Source: a candidate division FCPU426 bacterium
Lineage (GTDB): Bacteria > Oederibacteriota > JAAXVQ01 > JAUVAV01
Length of the DNA stretch: 64,000 nucleotides
Direction: 5' to 3'
Assembly: GCA_040756875.1 (NCBI GenBank)
Contig: JBFLYH010000001.1
Coordinates: 704,001 to 768,000, forward strand
In this document: piece after piece, positions 48,559 through 56,732 of the stretch
How the letters are laid out: each line of letters opens with the position of its first letter
How positions within the stretch are numbered: the first letter of the stretch is position 1
Notes under the pieces: model-generated
What the model was told of the DNA's origin: nothing
The model's database searches: none
Seen by the model: the letters and a program-made list of their open reading frames with translations, nothing else
Made by a program: the position numbers and the translations under genes

Positions 48559-51500
48559 ATGAAAAGATGGTGTTTCCGTTGGTGCCTGTCTGTGTGGGTG
48601 ACTTTCATCGGAGGAGGAATGGCCATGGCCGCAGCGCCGGCAGATGTTAAAGACACCGCTCTATTCCAGATCAATCCAGTCCAGCATAAAATCATCGCCC
48701 CCAAGCAGGACCTGGCCAAGTATCTCACGGTCAATTATCTTTCCCTGACCACGGACCAGCCGATTTATTGGCCCAACGAAGAAGTTTTCGCCAAGGCAAT
48801 GCTTCCCACCCGGCCGAACACGAAAGTCCGTTTGAAGCTGCAAAAGAAAGATTCCACCTCCCGCGATCTCGGCGTCTTCACCCTCGATCCGGCGGGCCTG
48901 GCAGTGGAAAAAATCCTGAGCGGCAAGGAAAAGAAACTGGAACCGGGCGAATACCGCCTGGAACTGAAAGCCGAGGACGGAACCCTGGAGACCTTCGCCA
49001 CGTTTACGGTGGTGGAAGGCGCGCTGGGCGCGCTGTCGTTTGCACACGAATTCAAGCAGGTGACCGAAGCCGGGGAATTGCGCAAAGCCAAAGGCGCCTG
49101 GTTCCTCGGCAATGCCGCGGGCGCGGGGAAGCGCTGGGGCAACGGGCTCAACGTGAAAAACGAGGTGCGGGTGATGAACCAGCCGTATCAAGGCCGCGCC
49201 CAAATCAAGAGCCGCTGTTATCTCGCGGGCTGCAACGGCGTCGAAGCCGGGCCCGCCCAGGAGGTTACGATCGAAAACGGCCTGTTGGAAGCCGTGCTGG
49301 ATGTCAGCAGCCATTCCGGCCCGTTTGAAATCGAGGTCATCACGCCCCAAGGCAGTCTGCGCTATCTGTTCGGCAAATCCGGTCATGTGGAGCGCCAGAA
49401 CATCCCCTTGGGCGCGGGATTTTCGCGCCGGTTTTTCGCCACCCTGGCCCCGTACGAAGGCACCGCTCCGGTCTATGGGCGCGACATCTACATTTTCGAG
49501 GAAAAATCCCAAAAACAAAACGAACCATGGGAATGGACCACGCCCGTGGCCGATCAAACGGAAGCCATCACGCTCAAGGTGCGCGAACCCCTGCGTCACG
49601 CCCGTCTGTTCGTTCTCCCTGTAAAAGGACAGGCAGAACCCCGCGAAATCCCGGTGCCGGACGAGCTGGAACCCGGACGCACGCTGACCGTTAAAATTTC
49701 CGCTCCCTACAGCCTGATTGCCATCGGCGGGTTCGCCAAGAAAGACGGCGCCTTCAAGGAAGGCTGGGGCATTGCTTACGTGGAATCCGATCTGGAGCTT
49801 AAAGTGTCCTTGCCCAAATCAGGCGCGCCCCTGAAACCCGTTACGATCTCGCTGCACACCCAGGAACGGGGAACCGGCAAGCCGGTTTCGGTTTACGGCG
49901 TGCTCGAGGTCTTCGACAACCGCGTGGCTTCCAAGAGCGGGCGTGAACCCCTCATCTCGGCTGTGGGCGATTCGTTCCGGGCTTTGTCCGATTACCTTTC
50001 CTCCTGGCGCGATTGGACGGGCATCCAGGCCGAAGAGGCACAGGACGCAGAAATGGCTGTCATGCCCTCCCAGGCGCCAGCCGCTCCCATGGGCAAGCGC
50101 GCTATGTTCATGGGTGCGGTATCCAAAGCGCGCAAGGCCCCCGCGCAAATGGCGGCGACGTCCGAACCTTCCGAAACTGCCGTTTCGCCCGAAGCCGCGG
50201 AGCAGGAACTGATTCGCGAAGGCGAAAGGAAAGTGGTTTACTGCGCCGTGGTGCGCACTGACAGCCAGGGCCAGGCCGAAATTTCAGCGACCCTTCCGCC
50301 GCAAACCGGCCGCTGTTCGGTCCGTTTCACCGCCGTACGGAACTACGACTGCCTGGACCAGCTTGAAAGCGTGGATGTAGGCAAGAAAACGTTCATCGAA
50401 TCCGCGATCCTCCCCCTGTTGCTACCGGGTTCAGAGATCCAGGCCCGGGCCCAAGTCAACAACGGGGAGTCCGGCCTGGTCATTGTCAAGGCCTATGGCG
50501 CCGGCTTGAAAAAACCCGTGACGTTCAAAATCAAACCCGGCCTGGAAGACGTAACGATCCCGTTGCAGGGCGGCCAGCCCGGCGTGCTGCACTTGGAAGT
50601 GCGCGGGACGGACAATCGTTTGCTGGATCAGCGTGAAATCCAGTTGCGCGATCTTTCCGCCTATCCGCTGACTTTCTCCGACCTTTCGCTTTCCGACGGC
50701 CAGCCGATGGCAGTGCCTTCGGGGCGCCGGATCGAACTTTACGCCACTCCCGGCCAGGCGTTGTCCGGCCTGGTGGCGAACATCCAGACCACCATGCATT
50801 CCTGGTTCGGACACAGCGAAGCCCTGAGCGCCCGGGCGGCCATTGACGCGGTGTTGCTGCGGGCCATGGCGGAAAAACTCCTGGCCGAGGAGGGATTGCG
50901 GGACGCGCTGGCAGCGGACCTGGTCAAGACGGTCAAGGACCTGGACGAAGCGTTTTACGACCCTGCCACCCGCCTCTTCCGCCCCTATCCCGGCGTGCCG
51001 GCCAACCCGGTCTGGAGCGCGTGGGTGCTGCGCAACTTCGCCACAGCCAGGGACAACCTGTCCGGTTCAGCCGCCTTGTCCGGCGAACTCGGGCCCACCC
51101 TCAAACTGCTCCAGTCGCGCGTCAAGGAACTTACCGCCGAGCTGGGCCGGCAGGGCTTCTCCCTGGATGAGCGCATCCAGCAGAATGCCTCGGGCCAGGA
51201 TGTCATTCCCGTTGAAATCGACGGCCAGGTCGTTTACCGCGCCCTGACCGACCGGGCGGTGGTCGATTGGTTCGTCAAGCGCATGGTGCCGGCCCTGGAT
51301 CTGCCCGGCCAGCCGTCTCCCCGCGAACTCAACGCCAAGTTCGTTCAGGCTTACGACACCTACCGTTTCCTGCGGGCTTTCGAACGCACAGGCAGTCTGT
51401 ATTATCTGCTGTTGAACGCCAAAGCCCTTTACGCCCAAAACGACCCGCATTTCACCCAGGTCTTCAACCAAATCGCCAAGGGCCTGATCTCCACCCAGGA

Positions 51501-52200
51501 CCCGGGCTTGATTCAGGGGCCGGCCTTGCTGGGCGGGGTGTATTCCGCCCCGCAAACGCTGGTGCGGTTTCTGGAATTGATGGTGCAGATGGCCGCTGAC
51601 CACAAACTTTCATCCTCGCCTGAAATCAAAATCAAAGCCGGCCACGGCAGGACTGAAACCCTGACCCTGGCCGGGGAAGCCAAAGTCATTGAACCCCAGG
51701 ACGCTCCCGTGGAGATCCAAGCGCCGGCTTACGTGGCCCTCCGCCAGGACCAGCAGCGGGAAATCCTGTTCTCGGACTATCAGCAAGCCTCCGGGCATTT
51801 TTTCACCGCCGCCTGGTCGAACACCCAGTGGACCATGGGCCAGCAGGGCGAGTTGGTGGTCAAACTGAACCCGGATCAGGACCCGACCGAGTATTACGCG
51901 CTGATCGCGCTGCCCTCGGTCTTGTCGTTGCGGCAGACCGAGGACCTGCTTTCGGACTACAAAGGACAACTCTTGTACGGTCAAAAGGCGGCAGGGTCGG
52001 AAAAAATCCAGCTGGTGGCCGTGCCGTTCCGCGGTTCGCGCACATTGCGCCTGTTCGTGGAAGCCTCCCAGGCAGGCCGCAGCCCGGGGTACGTACTGGT
52101 GCGCCACGTCTCCAATCCCGCCCTCATCACCACCCTGCAATTGGAATCCGTGACCGTGGGGGACACCCCTCCGCCCGCCGGAACCCTGATCAGCCGCTGA
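48559..52200 (+). CDS. Alpha-2-macroglobulin-like exported protein (divergent)
   Basis: MG2-like LTTDQPIYWPNEEV, low-complexity bait-like region, A2M-like VRTDSQGQAEISATLP..TG...VRFTA, then a helical TED-like region. Confidence 0.7.
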   Translation: MKRWCFRWCLSVWVTFIGGGMAMAAAPADVKDTALFQINPVQHKIIAPKQDLAKYLTVNYLSLTTDQPIYWPNEEVFAKAMLPTRPNTKVRLKLQKKDSTSRDLGVFTLDPAGLAVEKILSGKEKKLEPGEYRLELKAEDGTLETFATFTVVEGALGALSFAHEFKQVTEAGELRKAKGAWFLGNAAGAGKRWGNGLNVKNEVRVMNQPYQGRAQIKSRCYLAGCNGVEAGPAQEVTIENGLLEAVLDVSSHSGPFEIEVITPQGSLRYLFGKSGHVERQNIPLGAGFSRRFFATLAPYEGTAPVYGRDIYIFEEKSQKQNEPWEWTTPVADQTEAITLKVREPLRHARLFVLPVKGQAEPREIPVPDELEPGRTLTVKISAPYSLIAIGGFAKKDGAFKEGWGIAYVESDLELKVSLPKSGAPLKPVTISLHTQERGTGKPVSVYGVLEVFDNRVASKSGREPLISAVGDSFRALSDYLSSWRDWTGIQAEEAQDAEMAVMPSQAPAAPMGKRAMFMGAVSKARKAPAQMAATSEPSETAVSPEAAEQELIREGERKVVYCAVVRTDSQGQAEISATLPPQTGRCSVRFTAVRNYDCLDQLESVDVGKKTFIESAILPLLLPGSEIQARAQVNNGESGLVIVKAYGAGLKKPVTFKIKPGLEDVTIPLQGGQPGVLHLEVRGTDNRLLDQREIQLRDLSAYPLTFSDLSLSDGQPMAVPSGRRIELYATPGQALSGLVANIQTTMHSWFGHSEALSARAAIDAVLLRAMAEKLLAEEGLRDALAADLVKTVKDLDEAFYDPATRLFRPYPGVPANPVWSAWVLRNFATARDNLSGSAALSGELGPTLKLLQSRVKELTAELGRQGFSLDERIQQNASGQDVIPVEIDGQVVYRALTDRAVVDWFVKRMVPALDLPGQPSPRELNAKFVQAYDTYRFLRAFERTGSLYYLLLNAKALYAQNDPHFTQVFNQIAKGLISTQDPGLIQGPALLGGVYSAPQTLVRFLELMVQMAADHKLSSSPEIKIKAGHGRTETLTLAGEAKVIEPQDAPVEIQAPAYVALRQDQQREILFSDYQQASGHFFTAAWSNTQWTMGQQGELVVKLNPDQDPTEYYALIALPSVLSLRQTEDLLSDYKGQLLYGQKAAGSEKIQLVAVPFRGSRTLRLFVEASQAGRSPGYVLVRHVSNPALITTLQLESVTVGDTPPPAGTLISR

Positions 52201-52217
52201 GACGGTTCGAGCTCTTC

Positions 52218-52250
52218 AAACCGGAGGCCTTCGGGCCTCCGGTTTTTTTT
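52218..52250 (+). terminator. Rho-independent terminator
   Basis: AAACCGGAGGCC-TTCG-GGCCTCCGGTTT stem running into a T8 tract. Confidence 0.92.
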
Positions 52251-52269
52251 ATATCGGGATTAAAAATGA

Positions 52270-52298
52270 TTGCATCGACCAGGTCAAGGTGATATAAG
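52270..52298 (+). promoter_or_regulatory. Putative sigma70 promoter of pckG
   Basis: TTGCAT, 17 bp, TATAAG with extended -10 TG; AGGAGG RBS downstream. Confidence 0.6.
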
Positions 52299-52328
52299 TT
52301 TCTAATTTTAACTTGGCAGGAGGTTTAC

Positions 52329-54107
52329 ATGAAAATCCAGCACAAACAACTGGCGGCCTGGGTCAAGCGCATGGCGGACATGTGCCAGCCCGATAAAATC
52401 GTCTGGATCACGGGCACCGCGGAGGAAAAACGGAGCCTGGAGGACCAGGCCGCGGCCACCGGCGAAATCCTCCGCCTGAACCAGAGCAAACTGCCGGGAT
52501 GCCTCTACCACCGCACCGCGCCCAATGACGTGGCGCGCACTGAACATCTGACCTTCATCTGCACGCCGACCAAGGCCCAGGCCGGGCCCAACAACAACTG
52601 GATGTCCCCGGAAAAAGCCTATGCCAAGGCCCGGACGATTTTCCGCGGCGCCATGCGCGGACGCACCATGTACGTCATCCCGTTTTCCATGGGGCCGGTC
52701 GGGTCGGAATTCAGCAAGACCGGCGTGGAGCTGACGGACAGCATTTACGTGGTTTTGAACATGCGCATCATGACCACGGTCGGCTTGCCGGTCCTGAAGC
52801 ACCTGGGCGACAAGGGCGAGTTCACCCGCTGCCTGCACAGCAAGGCCGACCTGGACGAGAACCGCCGCCTGATCCTGCATTTCCCCCAGGACAACACCAT
52901 TTGGAGCGTGGGGTCCGGGTACGGCGGCAACGTGCTGCTGGGCAAGAAATGCCTCTCCCTGCGCATCGCCAGCTATATCGGCCGCCAGGAGGGCTGGCTG
53001 GCCGAGCACATGCTGATCATGGGCGTGGAGAAACCCAACGGGCACATCATGTACATTGCCGGCGCGTTTCCCAGCGCCTGCGGCAAAACCAACCTGGCCA
53101 TGCTGGTTCCGCCCGAAGCCTTGAAGCAGAAGGGGTATAAAATCTGGACCGTGGGCGACGATATCGCCTGGATGCGCATTGACACCGACGGGTCGCTGTG
53201 GGCCATCAATCCCGAAACCGGCTTCTTCGGTGTGGCGCCGGGCACCAATTCCAAAACCAACCCGAACGCCATCAAGACCATCCAGAAAAATACCATCTTC
53301 ACCAACGTCGTCCTCGCGAAAGACAACACAGTCTGGTGGGAAGGCGGCGACGGGGAACCGCCGGCCGAGGGCATTGACTGGCGCGGCCGTCCCTGGAATC
53401 CGGGCCTCAAGGACGAAACGGGCAAAACGGTCCTGGGCGCGCATCCCAACAGCCGCTTCACCGCGCCCATCAGCCAGTGTCCTTCGGCTTCGTTCCGCCT
53501 CCAGCAGCACCACGGCGTGCCGATCTCCGCGATCATTTTCGGCGGGCGCCGCGCGCTTTTGGCCCCCCTGGTCTATGAATCCTTCAATTGGCAGCACGGC
53601 GTGTTCGTGGGCGCCACCATGGCGTCCGAGCGCACGGCGGCCCAATACGGAAAACAGGGGGAAGTGCGGCGCGATCCCATGGCCATGCTTCCGTTCTGCG
53701 GATATAACATGGGCGACTATTTCCAGCACTGGCTGAAAATGGGCAAGAAAATGACCAACGCACCCAAAATCTTCAATGTAAACTGGTTCCGGCAGGACGA
53801 CCAGGGCAAGTTCCTGTGGCCGGGATACGGCGAAAACCTGCGCGTCCTGGAATGGATTCTGGACCGGTGCGAAAACACCGCCGAAGCTTCCAAGACCCCG
53901 ATCGGCTACATCCCCACCCTGCGCAGCCTGGACCGCACTGGGTTGGACCTGAGCGACGAAAATATGCAGAGCCTGCTGTCCGTGGATCCGGAAGCCTGGA
54001 AGCAGGAATTGGACGACATTGAGAAGCACTTCGCCATGTTCGGAAAACGCCTGCCCAAGGAAATGCGGGCTGAATTGCTGGCGGCCCGCAAGCGTTTCGA
54101 AGGCTGA
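52329..54107 (+). CDS. pckG: Phosphoenolpyruvate carboxykinase (GTP)
   Basis: DVARTE, GSGYGGN.LLGKKC, WLAEHM, AFPSACGKTNLAM, VGDDIAW, NPE.GFFGVAPGT, HPNSRF, DPMAMLPFCGY. Confidence 0.98.
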   Translation: MKIQHKQLAAWVKRMADMCQPDKIVWITGTAEEKRSLEDQAAATGEILRLNQSKLPGCLYHRTAPNDVARTEHLTFICTPTKAQAGPNNNWMSPEKAYAKARTIFRGAMRGRTMYVIPFSMGPVGSEFSKTGVELTDSIYVVLNMRIMTTVGLPVLKHLGDKGEFTRCLHSKADLDENRRLILHFPQDNTIWSVGSGYGGNVLLGKKCLSLRIASYIGRQEGWLAEHMLIMGVEKPNGHIMYIAGAFPSACGKTNLAMLVPPEALKQKGYKIWTVGDDIAWMRIDTDGSLWAINPETGFFGVAPGTNSKTNPNAIKTIQKNTIFTNVVLAKDNTVWWEGGDGEPPAEGIDWRGRPWNPGLKDETGKTVLGAHPNSRFTAPISQCPSASFRLQQHHGVPISAIIFGGRRALLAPLVYESFNWQHGVFVGATMASERTAAQYGKQGEVRRDPMAMLPFCGYNMGDYFQHWLKMGKKMTNAPKIFNVNWFRQDDQGKFLWPGYGENLRVLEWILDRCENTAEASKTPIGYIPTLRSLDRTGLDLSDENMQSLLSVDPEAWKQELDDIEKHFAMFGKRLPKEMRAELLAARKRFEG

Positions 54108-54148
54108 CCAACAGGCTGCCCGCACAGCGACCTGGCCGGATTTTCCTT

Positions 54149-54183
54149 GAGGGGCATAGAAAGTTATGCCCCTCTTTTATTTT
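54149..54183 (+). terminator. Rho-independent terminator after pckG
   Basis: GAGGGGCATA-GAAAGT-TATGCCCCTC followed by TTTTATTTT. Confidence 0.85.
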
Positions 54184-54200
54184 AATGTCGTTTGGTGATT

Positions 54201-55046
54201 ATGATGAATAATTTCAATATTATCAATAAAAACCAACTATCGCCTGATGTATGGCGTTACACCCTGTCCGCTCCGGACATTGCCCGCAAACGCCGCGCCG
54301 GCCATTTCATCATTCTCAGGCCCCTGGCTGACAGCGAACGCATCCCATTGACCATTGTGTCCTCTGACCAAGACCAGGGGACCATCGACATTATTTTTCA
54401 AGTCGTGGGCGCCACAACGAGGGATTTGGCCGGTCTGCGGGCAGGCGAGCCGGTCAAAGACTTGATCGGCCCTCTCGGTCATCCCACGGAGATCGCCAAA
54501 CACGGCACCGTGGCCATGGTGGGAGGCGGGGTGGGCATTGCACCGCTGCTGCCCATTGCCCAGGCTTTCCGCGCGGCCGGCAACCGCTTGGTCACCATCC
54601 TCGGCGCACGCGCCCGCAGCCTGCTGATCCTCGAGCAGGAGCTCGCCTCCATCAGCGACAAAGTGCTCCTGACCACGGACGACGGTTCTGCCGGGCAAAA
54701 AGGCCTGGTGACCGCCGCCTTGGAGCCTTTGCTCGTTGCCCGCGAAATCGATTTCGTCATGGCCGTAGGCCCCGTGCCCATGATGAAAGCCGTGGCCGAT
54801 CTGACCCGGGGCTTCGGCGTCAAGACCATGGTCAGCCTCAACCCGCTGATGCTGGACGGCACGGGCATGTGCGGGGTATGCCGGTGCCAGGTGGCGGGGA
54901 AAACCCGTTTCGCCTGCGTGGAAGGCCCTGAGTTTGACGCCCACCAAGTGGATTTCGACAGCCTGCGGCGCCGCCTGACCATGTTCAGGGAAGAAGAGAA
55001 GGCGCGCCGCGAAGCCAAACCCAGCGGAGGGTCCCATGCCGCTTGA
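54201..55046 (+). CDS. nfnA: NfnA/SudB-type FAD/NAD-binding [2Fe-2S] subunit
   Basis: ERIPLTI, GPLG, GGGVG.AP, GPVPMMK, SLNP.M.DGTGMCG.CR...FACVEGPEFD. Confidence 0.9.
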   Translation: MMNNFNIINKNQLSPDVWRYTLSAPDIARKRRAGHFIILRPLADSERIPLTIVSSDQDQGTIDIIFQVVGATTRDLAGLRAGEPVKDLIGPLGHPTEIAKHGTVAMVGGGVGIAPLLPIAQAFRAAGNRLVTILGARARSLLILEQELASISDKVLLTTDDGSAGQKGLVTAALEPLLVAREIDFVMAVGPVPMMKAVADLTRGFGVKTMVSLNPLMLDGTGMCGVCRCQVAGKTRFACVEGPEFDAHQVDFDSLRRRLTMFREEEKARREAKPSGGSHAA

Positions 55047-56436
55047 CCTCAACCGCGTCCATATGCCCGAGCAGGACCCCGCGCAGCGCCGCCGCAATTT
55101 CTCGGAAGTCAATTTGGGGCTCGACGCCGAAGCCGCCCGGCGCGAGGCAGCGCGCTGCCTGTATTGCAAGCGCCCCACCTGCGTGGACGGCTGCCCGGTG
55201 CACATCAATATCCCGCATTTCCTTGCGGCCTTGCGCGACGGTGATCCGGATGCTTCGGCCCGCCGCATCCGCCAGGACAACAGCCTGCCGGCGATTTGCG
55301 GCCGCGTCTGCCCGCAGGAAACCCAGTGCGAACTGGCCTGCGTGCTGAACAAGAAAGGCGCGCCCATCGCCATCGGGGCCCTGGAGCGCTTTGTCGGCGA
55401 CCATGCCCTGCGGCAAAACCTCGCCGCGGAACGCCCGGCCGCCGAACGGACGGAGAAAATCGCCATCGTGGGCAGCGGCCCCTCGGGCCTGACCTGCGCC
55501 GGCGAACTCCGCAAACTCGGCTATCAGGTCACGGTTTTCGAGGCGTTGCACGCGCTCGGCGGGGTGCTGACCTACGGCATCCCCGAGTTCCGCCTCTCGA
55601 AAGCGAAAGTCGTACAGCCGGAGATCGAAACCCTTCGCGACCTGGGCGTAGTCTTTGCGACCAATGCCGTGGTTGGCCGTCTGGCCACCATCGAGGAACT
55701 GCTGAACGCCCAGGGATTTGCAGCCGTCTATATCGCCACGGGCGCCGGCTATCCGCAATTCATGGGCGTCCCGGGCGAGGATCTCAACTACGTCTACTCG
55801 GCCAACGAATTCCTGACCCGCATCAACCTGATGGAAGCCTACCGATGGAACGCAGCAGCCACGCCGGTGCGGGTGGGCCGCCGGGTAGGCGTGGTCGGCG
55901 GCGGCAACACCGCCTTGGATGCCGCGCGCTCGGCTCTGCGTTTGCCGGGCGTGGAGGAAGTGCATTTGATCTATCGGCGTTCCGAACAGGAAATGCCCGC
56001 CCGGACCGAGGAAGTGAAGCACGCCCGCGAAGAGGGGATCATCTTCCGGCTGCTCACGGCACCCGTGGCTTTTACAGGCAATGAGCGGGGCGACCTGGCT
56101 GCCGCACGCTGCGTGGAGATGGCGCTCGCTGAACCGGACGCGTCCGGCCGCAGGCGGCCGGTCCCCAAACCCGGCAGTGAGTACCTTCTGGAACTGGATT
56201 CGGCCGTGATCGCCATCGGCACCCAGGCCAATCCCATCATCGCCCAAACCACACCCGGTTTGGCGTTGACTTCCAAAGGCTATTTGCAGGTGGATGAGCA
56301 GGGCCGGACCGCCATGCCGCGGGTTTATGCTGGCGGCGACATTGTCAGCGGTTCTGCCACGGTTATTCTGGCCATGGGTGCCGGCCGGACCGCGGCTCAT
56401 GCCATGCATTTCGATCTCACCGGTCAAAAACTTTAA
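55036..56436 (+). CDS. nfnB: NfnB/SudA-type (GltD-like) flavo-iron-sulfur subunit
   Basis: EAARCLYCK.P.CVDGCPV, CGRVCPQE.QCE, GSGPSGL, YGIPEFRL, GGGNTA.D.AR, YRRS..EMPAR, AGGDIV.G.ATVILAMG; follows nfnA. Confidence 0.9.
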   Translation: MPLDLNRVHMPEQDPAQRRRNFSEVNLGLDAEAARREAARCLYCKRPTCVDGCPVHINIPHFLAALRDGDPDASARRIRQDNSLPAICGRVCPQETQCELACVLNKKGAPIAIGALERFVGDHALRQNLAAERPAAERTEKIAIVGSGPSGLTCAGELRKLGYQVTVFEALHALGGVLTYGIPEFRLSKAKVVQPEIETLRDLGVVFATNAVVGRLATIEELLNAQGFAAVYIATGAGYPQFMGVPGEDLNYVYSANEFLTRINLMEAYRWNAAATPVRVGRRVGVVGGGNTALDAARSALRLPGVEEVHLIYRRSEQEMPARTEEVKHAREEGIIFRLLTAPVAFTGNERGDLAAARCVEMALAEPDASGRRRPVPKPGSEYLLELDSAVIAIGTQANPIIAQTTPGLALTSKGYLQVDEQGRTAMPRVYAGGDIVSGSATVILAMGAGRTAAHAMHFDLTGQKL

Positions 56437-56667
56437 ACCCGCCATTGGTTCGTGCAATAAAATCAAATTCATTTGCGAAAGATTCTTCCCATTTGTGCAA
56501 AGAGCGTTTATCCTTTTATGTACGCGCTTTTTTACCGCGCCTGCAGAAATGCCTTTATAGAAAACCCGTATTTTTCCCGCTTTAAATTATATTAAAAACA
56601 ACCTGTTCCGATTTGAAACGCCGCATATATTAAATTTGAAAATAAAAGGTTTTTCTAATTGCCGGGG

Positions 56668-56696
56668 TTGTTTTTGATTTTTTGTTATGATATATT
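56668..56696 (+). promoter_or_regulatory. Putative sigma70 promoter of the giant ORF
   Basis: TTGTTT, 17 bp, TATATT with extended -10 TG, in a 300-bp AT-rich intergenic region; GGAG at 56716-56719. Confidence 0.45.
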
Positions 56697-56732
56697 TTCA
56701 TTAAATCATTTATACGGAGCCCTGAATTCGCG

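Noticed and set aside
52308-54125. 605-aa antisense ORF, and similar long shadow ORFs (e.g. 46781-48559, 54985-56472, 10047-11222, 17000-18064)
   Set aside because: They mirror well-supported genes on the opposite strand, carry no motifs, and are expected from GC-rich codon usage.
55036-56436. Glutamate synthase small subunit (gltD) call
   Set aside because: There is no gltB; the overlapping upstream FAD/[2Fe-2S] gene gives the nfnAB arrangement.
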